From Penicillus capitatus (Eukaryota > Plantae > Chlorophyta): a stretch of DNA of 64,000 nt. This document shows, one piece after another, positions 35,369-46,798 of the stretch. Under the pieces are notes generated by a model that saw only the letters and a list, made by a program, of their open reading frames with translations, did not search any database and was not told where the DNA came from. The position numbers were made by a program, and so were the translations under genes. The stretch lies in NCBI GenBank assembly GCA_965649825.1, contig OZ287705.1, positions 768,314 through 832,313 of the forward strand. Direction: 5' to 3'. Within the stretch, counting starts at the first letter, position 1, and each line of letters begins with the position of its first letter.

Positions 35369-37091
35369 TTAAGCCATAACAGGTAATCGGCCTAGAATAG
35401 AATCCGTGACACATCTGCCAATGTGTGCGAGTGCCAGTCGAAACATGCCATACGAGACCCATTCGGGCAAATGGCTTCGAAGTGTCTCTGCCCGTAGATC
35501 AATTTTCGATAGAGTTCCTCTAAAGTCTATAACCCCTGATTCGCGATCAAATAACTGATTTTGCTTTAAAACAAAAGACAGGTGCCACAGAAGAGATGGA
35601 AAGGGCAGTAGATCGAAATTCGATGGGGTCGGACGCGCCAGCGGATGTGGAGAAATCTCTCGATGTACCTCTCTCCTCTCCACAAACTTGAGTCTATCTG
35701 TCAGACTGTTCAGCAAGACGGCCATCAGTCTTCGTACGATCTCTGACGGAACGAAGAATCGATCCCAATCGTACTCCCATCCACCAAGTACGGCTTCTGC
35801 GAGAAAGCAGCATACAGCTTCCAGATCTATGCCCGCCAGTTGTGGTATTTCTGTGATCTCATTACGCGGCAGGTTCACGCTCTCTACCCCCATAAACATG
35901 TTGTGCACAATCCGAACTTCACGGCTCAGCTCCCTGCGATAAGAAGCAGGGGGGACAAGGTTTGGCATTCTCTACACTCCGACATTGTTCATGTGTCTTC
36001 AGAACAGGGTGTCTCACTCTTGCGGGTGGTGGTGGTGGATGTGCTATAGGTGCCGATTTAACGGATGCCATGTTCTGCCTCATATTGATTTCGGGGAACT
36101 GCATGAGTCTTTGGTAGCACAGTAACGATGCATAGGCATCGATCGCTGCATAGAGCCTCTGAGCAGTTCGCAGGGGATACGTCTCCCAGTTTCCCATTCT
36201 GACATTGTTCGATTTTGACATGGTCTTGCCAGTCAACCTCTCACACAATCCTTGACTCTCACATTATCCATACACGAAAGGAGGCATCGATGCTACCTAC
36301 GAGACTCTGTTCTGTTTTGCTGTACTTCCTAGAGGGATCAATACACCGAGAAAGATCCCTCTTGGAAACCAACGGTGCAATGTCAATGATCCCATTGACT
36401 TCAATATGATAATCTTCCTTAAGCTTTCGAGCGTCGCCATCTGCTGCCATTCCGGCCTTCAATATGTCGTGACTTGCGAGTACAGCCTTCAGCAATGGTG
36501 GTAAGCCGCAGACAGCGATATGGATCAGTAAACAAATCTAAGCACGGAACATCGCTGTTGTCAACAGCTGGAGGAAGGACTGTGTGCCAGTCAAGAGATA
36601 TGTACATGTTCTCCGCGATGCTCAAAGCACAACTGGATAAGGGCTGTCTTATTCGGCACTTCATCTCGTCTAAAACATGGTTTCCATTCCGTGTCGAAAC
36701 CGATCGGTGTGCCGTGTGGAATATGTCGACACCATTCCTCCACGGCTATTCTCTCGGTTAAATAATGCACAGGCCCATCGAATGTCAATGACGGAAAGGC
36801 ACGATGCGTCTTCTCCTGGCATAGACGCGTGTTCATGCACACAGGCAGCGATCTCTTTTCAGCTACAATAGACATGCATTGATCTGTTTGACAGTCTGTC
36901 GTAAAGGAGCGACACCTTCGGGAGCGCTCGTCACATATGGCAACCCGCACGGCGGCGCTGCACACACACGTCGATGTTCGGTGTCTCTGTCGCGATCGCC
37001 GTTGTCTCTGGGTATGAGTTTCATGCGCTGTAGCCAGAGAGGCGGAGGTGTCGGTTCGGTAGACATGGCCGGAGACAAATGGAATTTTCAT
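35369..37091 (-). CDS. WEX: WRN/WEX-type DEDDy 3'-5' exonuclease with C-terminal HTH_40-like domain (start 37091 or 36875)
   Basis: ExoI GFDTEW, TALIQLC, ExoII DARKL, ExoIII NWETYPL..AQRLYAAIDAY. A 46-nt GTGAGA..GTGTAG intron puts the 35369-35968 ORF in frame. Confidence 0.8.
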
Positions 37092-37322
37092 GAATTGACG
37101 TCGACGTCCATGCGTCGAAGGGACAAACAGATGATCAAGAAGGTCTCTTCCCAAGATCCTTTACGCACAACAATGGCAATTCGAACGCGAAATTATGCGA
37201 GTATCACAATCGGGAGATAGGCGTCAAAAAAGTTCAGATGCCTGTGTCAAGCTGATCTATGTGTGTGTACGACACACGGACAGATTGGAATGCGGGTTGG
37301 ATGCTGCTCTCAGTGCAGGTAA

Positions 37323-38182
37323 TTATCTTTTCAAATCGATGAATTTTTCTGTCTTCTCTTGTTGTATCGCGGCAGATGTGATGTGACTGGCGGCGTCCAA
37401 CGAACTCCGATGGCGTTTTCGCTCTCTGTGATGATGACTTGGTCTATGACGGCTACGTCTCTTGCTATCCTTCTTGTGATGCCGTTCATTCCTTACGTGT
37501 CACACATATAAGTAAAAGAATGGAGGACATTGTTTTAGGGAAGTATACCTTTTGTGTGACCGTCCCCGTTGTTCGGCTTCCCTCTTATGGAATCGACGAC
37601 TCATGTCCTGTTTCTTTTCTCTTCGTCTCTGCGACGGTTGTTTCCGTTGACGGTCATCGAAATTTGACTCGCTGCTAGAAGAGAGGGAAGAAATGTCGCT
37701 ATCTTCATGCACCAATGGCAATGTCATTTCAGACTTGCCCTCTTCTCCATCTTCGGCCCTTCTCTGATAATATGCAGACAGATGATTCTTACATTGCTTC
37801 GTCATATGTCCCATCCCTCCACAAATTCGACAGGCACCTCTGTTGCCCCCACTCAGATTTCCTGTCGTGCATCATGTGCACATCCATCTTGACGAGTTGA
37901 GGAGTGAATACCTTGTGCACGAGCGAGGGCCACGAGTCCTTCGAAATTGGAGACAGGTGGTTCATATCCTGTTCCCTCCATCCACACCTTGGCCGCTTCT
38001 CTTCGTGTTTGGCGTCCCTTCTCATAGTGCCTCGGTGCCTGCAGGCGCGATTCGATGGCAGCATTCGATCCTGTCTGGTTCTCTTCGTCGACTCCAATGA
38101 TGTCTGTCCACATGTGATGCGCTCGGAGGGCAACGCTTGTGCGGACGCGATTGTACTGCGCCTTCAGTTTTGCCTTTGTCAT
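37323..38182 (-). CDS. CXIP4: CAX-interacting protein 4-like zinc-knuckle protein with basic RS-like tail
   Basis: NRVRTSVALRAHHMWTDIIG, SNFEGLVALARAQ, 50-nt intron, RGACRICGGMGHMTKQCKN (CX2CX4HX4C), R/H/K-rich tail. Confidence 0.85.
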
Positions 38183-38313
38183 GGTGGCCACAGCGAACGA
38201 ACGTACAAACACACGCACCCTCTAACGTCGACCTGTCACATCGCCAAACAGCATGCAGCGCGCCTGGCCATCCGCGGAGTGTTGAGAAGACAAACAAACT
38301 GCGTCTCATCGAG

Positions 38314-41300
38314 ATGAACTCTGGACTCTTTCGATGCGTTTTGCCCTTCAAGTGGCTCTTCTTGGAAAGAGTGACAAACAAATTGATCAAGCTTGCCTTT
38401 TTTTCTTACGCCTTGGCCTGGCTACTAGCACGTACGTCATCGGCCATGACCTACATACCCATCCATTCTGTTTACATATGTGCGGTTCAGGAACGAGTAC
38501 CGAGATTCATATCAACCTGCCTGTGGCGACGGCAATCATCATTCTCTTCTATTGGCTCTCGACGCGCTTAGTCTTGTCCGATTCTGCAAAGGAGTCGCCG
38601 TCTGCGCGAACGCGACGCTATCGGAAATTTCATAAGCCTGTCGGGTGCGATTATTATTATAAAGAGAAAACAAGAGACCCGCCGGATCGAGATGCATGGA
38701 AGAAATCCGTTAATGCTCCAATTGTTGAGAGTGCGTGGGAATCTTTCTGTGGGAGCATCATACAAGAATGGATTTATGATTCCTGGTTTGCCATGATATC
38801 GCCCGATCGCGAATTCCCTGCCGAGATTCGCCGTCTCCTGAATGAAGCCTTTGCGGAAGTGGCACAACGCGCCAGACGCATCGACCTCAGGACACTCTTG
38901 CTAAGGTCCTCTCACTCTCTCACTCTTTCTGAGACCATGATCACAGACCATCTGCACATCCAGGGACATGTGCGATCTCTTTACGGAGCAACTGGAACTG
39001 TATCGGGCTACGAAATCGGCAGTGGGTATTCTGAATGAAGGGGACCTGTGTCAACACAAGAAGGATCGATGGCTTCAGAGAGAGATGAAAACAGATCAGA
39101 CATTGCATGCTGCTTTTTACTCCAGAGATGGTCATTATCGCATGATCCGACGGATGGCGGAAGGAGTTGTGGGATTGATTCTGAACAAGGACGATGTGGA
39201 GCGACCTGCCATTCGCTCTCTGTCTAGAGAACTACTATCTACATGCGTTCTTCGAAGCATTGTCATGTTCTTTACTCCATACCAAGCTAACAAGGTCACA
39301 CAGGAATGATCACTCTTTTGATCCGCACTCACTTGATGCCATGCTTGTTCAGTATCTACTGTGGTTGCTCACGTCGAATGAGTCTCCGTCAGTGTCGAGT
39401 GAACAAGATTTGATGGAGGATCATATGAAGGGCGGCGTGCAGTTCGAGCAGAGAGTCCGTACGTCTGTTGCTTTGGAGGAGTTAGCCAGCAGACAAGCAA
39501 AGCACAGGAAACGACCACTAAAAGATCAACCACGGCGCCTGTTGCCCATTTCTAAGTCACATCCCAATCTCGAATCCATGATGGATGTGATGGCGAAGGC
39601 GACAGAAAATGCAGAAGAGATTGTCGCCTCGGAGGATCAGCCACATCGATCGCACTCTGGCAGTTCTGCTGATCTGAAAGACGCTGTTCTGCAGGAAGCA
39701 GATTCCGTTGCTGTTGGAGTGAACGGATCATGTGAGCCATCCGTAGAGAATTCACCACTTCCACAGGCACCAGCATCTCTTCCGCACATTTCGGCGACAT
39801 CGACAGATCCTTCTGCATTGGGAGGAGGACCAGAAAACGACGGAGAGCGATTCATGCATTTGATTGATAGCCAAATTTCTGTAGAAGATATATCATTTGT
39901 TGGTCGTCCGCGTGCATGGGTGGTGGCTCCAGAAATAAACACGAATGGTCGACGTGAGTACGTCGTGTTCAAAATCCGTGTGGCCGACCAGACAGGAGAA
40001 TGGACAGTCACACGGCGTTATCGCAACTTTGAGGCACTTCACAAATTTCTAAGAGATGTGCCTGCCTACCGTGAGTTGCAGCCTCGACTTCCTCCCAAAA
40101 CATTCGTGTTTCAAACACACAAGACGGAAGTGGTGGAGCAGAGACGCATTGCTCTGGATAGATACCTCCAGACCATACTCTCCGACGATGTGCTTGCTTT
40201 CAATCGGCATGTTTGGCTGTTTCTCAGCGATCAAGAATGCAAATCCTTCACGCCGGATGTGCGTGTTGGATTGATGAATACCATTGCCAATAATGTGGAC
40301 AACGCACGATACAGAATCAAACGAAAGGTGGCAGATACCTTCAAAGAAAGTGCGTCTCTGCCAACGTCCTGTCTCCACACATCTAATGTCTGTCTGGCTG
40401 CTTTGTAGATTCTTCATCAAAAGCGGATCCGAAGAAAGAGAATGCCCTGCGCTTGCTGGATGGAAGTGAATCAAGTTCCATTTCAGGATCCGTCAAAATC
40501 GAGGATGAGTCCGATATGACCATCCCTCCCGTCAAGTCACGTCCTCAGAATGGCGATCGGCCATCTCTGTTCGTCACAGAGTCTCCGTTGCGGCACAATG
40601 CATCGTTGCCAGAGGGACTGTCAGCCATGGCGCTGGCCGATGGACGACGATCGCCTAAAGGAGGACACAAGAGAACGCACAAGACAGCAGGATTCTCGAC
40701 ATTGGATGCCTTCAGTGGGTCACCGCCAAGAGAGGGACTGCCTGGGGATCTCACAAATGCAAATCTGCTGTCGCGTTTTGAATTTCAAGATCGAGACGCC
40801 ATTGGTCGTCAAGTGGAACAGAATGCAGCCAAGGCCTCGTCTTCAGCAGGTGATCGTCATCCTTGCAGCCACCTTCCCGTCCATGAGTGATCTTGCCTGT
40901 AGTGCGCCCTTCAACAGGAATGGATTTCTACAACAGATTCGGCCGTGGAGATTCGCCGGGACCAGAAGAGGAGGATGAGACGCTGGAAGCTGTGTTCGAC
41001 GACTATTCTGGCATCAGCATGCCTCTCTACGAAGTTGCGGATGCCATCTTTAATTTTCCTGCTCATCAATCTATTCGTCGACGGGTCCTCCCACTTCTGA
41101 TGCTTTCTTATGAACTCAGTGCTGCTTTCAGATTTTTCAAGTGATGCGCCAGGTTTGGCCCCTTCTGGCAGGTGACACAATTGACGTGTATTTGAACGAA
41201 GAAATCAAACGCCTCAGATCCGAGCACACAATAGCTCGACTGATTCACTCTCTCAAGAGTGAGTTATGGCCTGGCGGCGTTTGGTTCACTACCATCAATC

Positions 41301-41714
41301 AACGCAATGATCCATCCCGATCAACTTCTGTAAAAGGTCGGTCGCCGTCGTGCATCGTATTAGATGTGAGCGACAATGATATGCCTGTTGTTCTTTGTTC
41401 CAGGTATACAGTTTGATACGTACTTGGACGCAACTGTAGAGCAACCAGATGCAGAAGAAACTGCAAAGAAGCTGTACGATCGTCTCCTCCTACACCCTCC
41501 TGCTTCGATCGCTCGACTTGTTCGCTTGCTCGGCCGCGGCAGTTACATGAAGGCGATGAAAGATGTTTACGATCTACTGCAACTCCCAACATTCGTGCGG
41601 CAGATTGGTTATGGCATTGTGGAAATTGTTCTCCTGGCTCTGTTTCCAGAACTCAAAGATCTCTTTGCAAAGATTCACAGAGAAGCTCGCTTTATGCCTG
41701 AATCACGCAGATAA
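38314..41714 (+). CDS. PXA-PX-Nexin_C sorting nexin (SNX13/14-like), multi-exon
   Basis: N-terminal TMs. PXA (ESFCGSIIQEWIYDSWF..ISPDREFP). PX (WTVTRRYRNFEALH..LPPK..EQRRIALDRYLQ). Nexin_C (LWPGGVWF; VLLALFPEL). Confidence 0.9.
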
Positions 41715-42539
41715 ATTGTTGGGGGTGCAACAGCGCCACAAACTCCCTCCTTCCCTTCCTTCATCAGATGTCAAACCATCGTTCTCTCTCGAATAACATG
41801 TGTCTCCATCTTCCCATTCATTCACCGTCAGAATGTCTTAAAGTACCTATGATGAGGGATCTCGCCATTAGGATGTAAGAAATGCCACTGAAGAATCACA
41901 TTTTATTGGACGTGATACTGATGGTTTGGTCATTTGACGACAGATAGGCACCGAAGTGACTCTTTTCTCGATGTTGTGTCAGGGGCTGCTTTCGGAATTC
42001 TAGAAGAGAGCTCTGACGATCAAGGGACGACGTATTTGTTTGTTTATTCTTCCATCCATTGTTCTAAGACTAGGCATCCAGAATGCAGTGTAATATCATT
42101 GGTGCCATCGCGTACCTCTCGGTCCCCTATCTTATCTCATAAGGCATTCCTTGAACGCCTTCTCTTTCGATCGATCAAACAGTGTTGTTCAGATTTTAAT
42201 GTGCAGGTGGATTAAACACAAGAACACCATCAAACAACAATAACAAACAGTCAAGACAGGATGTGTCGTTACCCAGTTAGCAAGGAGAGGTGTGCTTATT
42301 TAGTAGAGGTAAGGCTAGAGAAACACCGCGGTAAGCACTTATGTCACAGCTTGGCAATCAATCCTCCTCCGATTACTGTCTTTTCAGGTCAGTCACGACG
42401 GTGTTTCGGCAGAAGAGTCCCATCATCACATGTTCACAGAAAGAAGAAGAAGAAGAAGAAGTCTTAGAAGAATCCATTCAACCATATATGTACAAACAAA
42501 TGAATTCTGCTTGTCAATCATTTGGAAGCATCCGCTAAA

Positions 42540-42560
42540 CTTCACTTCACTTCACTTCAC
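42540..42560. repeat. (TTCAC)4 microsatellite
   Basis: Directly visible. Overlaps the putative stop of the 97-aa gene. Confidence 0.8.
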
Positions 42561-42902
42561 TTTTTGAGAAGACACTTCCATTGTGGTTCTCTCAAAAACT
42601 GTAGAATTCATATGATGTCATGACGGGGCCCAGCTGTAAGGTGCACGCACATGTAAGAAAGTTATCCGTAGTATCGTTTGGGTCGGGTGCCTCAACAAGG
42701 AACGCAAAATCGAAGCGACTGTGAAAGAGAGTGCTTCAATAACAGGCAATCTTTTGAAAGCAGGTCCTGCATTTATTGCAGAGTCATAAGAAAAGTACAG
42801 AATGATAAACAGATAGATCATCAATGACTGCCAAACAGCGACCGACATCCAATAGCTGCCTCGTGGAAGAACGCTTTTGCTGACAGAAAAACCTTTGGAC
42901 AT
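42557..42902 (-). CDS. Putative 97-aa small membrane protein, two exons (42902-42651, 42598-42557)
   Basis: ATG 42902, hydrophobic segments, 52-nt GTGCGT..CTACAG intron restoring the frame to FLREPQWKCLLKK*. No family recognised. Confidence 0.45.
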
Positions 42903-42967
42903 AAAGTGACGATGATAGATAGTAAATAACTTCTAATGCTACATATTTCCTATGTGTTCAGTCGGCC

Positions 42968-43986
42968 TCACTTTTGCCCACCCATCTGCTTCATTTGTGT
43001 CCGCTTGCTCTTCGATGCAGATGTCCGTGAAGCATGATGGACCGATGATTGTTGGCCCCAGAGATATCTCTGAACCATGTACCAAGGTGAGTCACCTTCC
43101 TGTATGCTCTCTTCTTCAGATGGTGATGGGATCTCCTAGAAAAACAGACAGCATCAGGGAAGGTGGAGGAAGAGGATTGGGATGCTGCACGTCTTCCATC
43201 CGGAATGGATCTTTCTTCCACTTTTGCTTCTTTCCTGTCATCTGCAGACGGTTCTTCCACTGCTTCTGTGCTTGTTGAATGTACAATTGCTGCTCTTTGA
43301 GCAATTCTGTCTCCATTCCAGGCCCAACAGTCGGTCTCATGTGCCAAAGCTCATAGGCGCACTGGAGTCGCTCTTCTGAATCGAGATCCGAATCAAAACA
43401 CTCTGCTGGCAAAGGAGAACATCCACGATCAACCATTTCCACTTTCTTAGAATGACAGCCTCGGTTCTTGTCCTCATCGATCGGATCGGTTCCGGTCGAT
43501 TTCATGTTGTACCGCTTTAAAGTGGGCAGAACAGTCAACGACGGTCCCCTGGTGTGACTGCGAACGCTGCCGCATACAGAATCCGCATAAGAGCTGTTCA
43601 CATCGTCGATGAAATGTGAAGTCGGCATCTTTCTTATGCTTTCTGTATCAGATTCGTCCAGACAGTCGGCAGACATAACAGGATGGGGACGCAGGAGGCC
43701 ACCAGGCGAGGAGGACTGATCCTCCTCGATGTCCCATGCCCCCAGTCGACGCGCTACTCGTTTTTGCATCATGACCGTCGACACCAGTACTGCAGCAGAC
43801 AGACCTGCACACCATCACCATCCACCCAATCACCCGCCATCTATCCTCCTCGGCGCGCGTACTGGCGAATCGAGCGATGGACGCATTGCCGTCCTCTCCA
43901 AACGCGTCGCCGCCTGTGCCACCCTGAAACTCCGTCCAACTTCCATCGTTCAGCTTCGTCTCTGTGTCTTCGTAAGCATGCTGCAT
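42968..43986 (-). CDS. Hypothetical protein, about 300 aa, three exons
   Basis: ATG 43986 MQHAYEDTETK. A 58-nt GTACGC..GTGCAG intron and a 55-nt GTGCAG..TTCTAG intron join three open frames ending ...MGGQK*. Confidence 0.6.
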
Positions 43987-44120
43987 AGTTGGCGTCGTCT
44001 TTGTTTCAAACGCGCTAGATGGTCCAAGAAATAAGGTCAAGAAAGAACTTAAACAAGGCAACGGCCTGTAGACGAATGACGGAAGTACAAATGCAGATAG
44101 AGTATATAGCCGTCGATGCG

Positions 44121-45170
44121 TTACGACGAAACATCCGCTGGCGACGACACAGTGCTTTGCTCGATCTCTGCAGGCGATGCGGTACTTTCTTCTTCCGTTT
44201 CGACAGGAGGCAGTCGTGCCTGAAGGGATTTGCACTCCTGATCCAATCGTCTCAGTGCCGTCGACACCACTTCAAACTGTTTCGACTGAAATCCTTGCAT
44301 CTTGTCCAGAATCGTCTGCAGATCTTCTATTTTTGCCTCGGTACTCTTGACCTGACCCATGCATTCTAGAAGTGCCTGTTTGAAATGACTGGACTGGGAT
44401 GTGGCTTTCTCAGTGTCTGTCCTGTAATCCCGACTCAACACGCGTACTTTGACCCGGAGTTTGTCAAATTGGCCAGCCAGATGTGACATCTCTGTAAAAG
44501 CACGGGAAATGCTATTCTCCATTTCTTGATGCTCGATGGCCTGGATCAAGGAAGGAGAAGACTGAAACTGTAGTCTCTGTTGTTCCCATTGACGATCACG
44601 AAATCGTCGCACCATCCGTCCGAGGATGACTCCGATCATCAAGGCCAAAACACTGATCATCGAAAACTGAGAACGGTCCCATGTCAGAAGCGACGCATCG
44701 GGTGCCATCTCGACAACACGCTGTTGATGCTCAACAACAGTCGTCACTTCATCTGCCGTTTCTTCAGATGTCTTCTCTTTCAATTGATCAGTCATCCGTG
44801 GACCCCCGGTGCGTCGCTGTTGCTGGACAAGAGCGTAGACGACGGGCAGAAGCTGTAATGTCAGAGCAGCTACCAGACAGACACCTTCCAGGAACTCGGC
44901 CAAATGAACGAGGACGGGTGTCGTGGCTGTCAACTGTGCATCTTCGCGTTGAAGACTGCGCGTGTAGCTTTGTGTGAGATCATCGTAGGACTGACGCTGG
45001 CCAGATTTCTCCGCTGAGATGGACGTCGGTTTTCGCGTCTTGACAAGAGAGGGACGACACAGAGCTGTACGAATGGCGACCCATCTCCCTGGACGCCATC
45101 TCGGCGAGGTGAGGCATATCTCGACGACACGTCCAGTACCAGAGACGCAGCAATACCGTGTCATCGACAT
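44121..45170 (-). CDS. Hypothetical membrane protein with transit-peptide-like N-terminus, two hydrophobic segments and a C-terminal coiled coil; intronless
   Basis: Long ORF (349 aa from ATG 45170). TM-like EGVCLVAALTLQLLPVVYAL and SMISVLALMIGVILG. Heptad-rich C-terminus. Confidence 0.75.
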   Translation of the reverse strand: MSMTRYCCVSGTGRVVEICLTSPRWRPGRWVAIRTALCRPSLVKTRKPTSISAEKSGQRQSYDDLTQSYTRSLQREDAQLTATTPVLVHLAEFLEGVCLVAALTLQLLPVVYALVQQQRRTGGPRMTDQLKEKTSEETADEVTTVVEHQQRVVEMAPDASLLTWDRSQFSMISVLALMIGVILGRMVRRFRDRQWEQQRLQFQSSPSLIQAIEHQEMENSISRAFTEMSHLAGQFDKLRVKVRVLSRDYRTDTEKATSQSSHFKQALLECMGQVKSTEAKIEDLQTILDKMQGFQSKQFEVVSTALRRLDQECKSLQARLPPVETEEESTASPAEIEQSTVSSPADVSS

Positions 45171-45356
45171 CGACGAGACGTTAACGGTCGCATGATTGTG
45201 GCAGAATTGGACAATACTTCTCACAAAACGTCTTTCTCTGTGTCTGCATGTGCAACCATGCGTACAACAACCATAACGCTTGCGCGCCCTTCTTTAGCAA
45301 AAACGCGTTTAAATCATTGATTTTCTGCTCTGAATCGTGGCCTTTGCTGCGTCACT

Positions 45357-46290
45357 CTATTGTCCATAGACGTGGCTAAAATTGGTCAAGATGTTGTTGC
45401 CAAAGGGATCGGCAATGTGGTCCAAGACGTTCTCCACTGGACCTTTTCCTGTCAAGATGGCCTGAGCGCCAAAACCAAACGATGCCATCATTGCCAATCG
45501 GCCGTTTTTAATCTCCTTGAGTTTCAGATCATCCATGGACTCCTTCGTCTTGCCCATGCCAAACGGATTAAAGAAAGGACCACCAGGATAAGCAGGATCT
45601 CCAGATCCGCCCAATCCCTTCTCCAGTCCCAAGAAAAACTGTTTACCCATAGAACCCGGTTTTCGGTAATCTTGCAATCTTCGTAGCTCGGCAAATTGCA
45701 TGAGGACCACTTCGATGAAGAAGAGCGTGTATGGATCTGCCCAGTAGTTATCGTAGGAGCCGGCAAATGGAAACACGCCACTCTTCCACCACACAACGGC
45801 CGTTTCTTGAGGAATGAGTCCTACTTTGCCCAGTGTTTCGGGCGCCAGACATCCGGCCACACCAAGCATGGCAAAGCGGCCATGTATCACTTCGGCGTAT
45901 CTCAGCCAACCAGGATTAATGAAACCGACATCTGCACTGCCGGGTGCCAACAATCCAAAGGGATCGAATCCATAGTCGCCGGGCAATGATCCATCCAAGT
46001 AAGAAAGCGAACTCTCGTCAGGGAACAGTAAGAAGTCTTTGGAACGATCGACCTACGAAACCATGCCAATGTGTCGGCGGCAGATGTTGGCAACAGAGGT
46101 GTATGTACTTTAGCGACGCTGGTGGACCCATCTTCGGCGCGGGTCAGAAGACGTGACTGGCCTCCATGTGAACGACGCGCTTCGACGAATCGCGGTTTGG
46201 AGACCTACGAGATGCATTCATCCTTGCTTTGCACTCTGCCATTGCACGGATGCTTACAACGGCGCCCGTGCTCAGCAATGCAGATGCCAT
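45357..46290 (-). CDS. LHCA3: Photosystem I light-harvesting chlorophyll a/b protein Lhca3, three exons
   Basis: VAK|[64 protein letters not shown]. Confidence 0.96.
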
Positions 46291-46798
46291 GGTGTGAGTG
46301 GCCAAGAAGTGACGCGAAAAGGCGTAAGGGCAGTCGAATGCAGCTGCGAAGCGAGAGATCTGAACAGATCCACGGACGAAATGGAATTCATCTAATCGTT
46401 TCTTATCACAGCAGTGAAAAGACGGTTCACTATTCGGCGCATTCGGCAAAGGTGTTCGTTTGGCAACTGTTGTCGATACCCGTATTAGGCGTTTCACTCA
46501 GCCTCGCCATTGCCCGTATTCTTTGCCACTTGGAGTCGCAATTTCCACGTTTTCCAGAAAACCCCTGGGTGTACCACATCCCTCCCTCTCTCTGACCTAC
46601 CACTCTATCCACATTACAATACGCACGACTCGACTTCTGACAGCGTGCAGACGTGCTGTTACGTTTTTGAAGACGACACCATTGCCTTTGTAAGCGGGTA
46701 CGACTGCTGTCACGACTTTGAAGAGCGTACGTACTTTTTTTCAGATTGACAAGGAGTTTTGGGTATACATAAAGACGTACACCATCCTTAAAGAAGAA

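Noticed and set aside
35369-35968. Independent intronless orphan gene starting 19 nt after the exonuclease stop
   Set aside because: Better explained as the last exon of the WEX-like gene through a canonical, frame-correct 46-nt intron.
41830-42540. Small plus-strand gene downstream of the sorting nexin (ORFs 41934-42215, 42341-42538, GAA repeat)
   Set aside because: I could not build a phase-consistent spliced model, and there is no recognisable homology.
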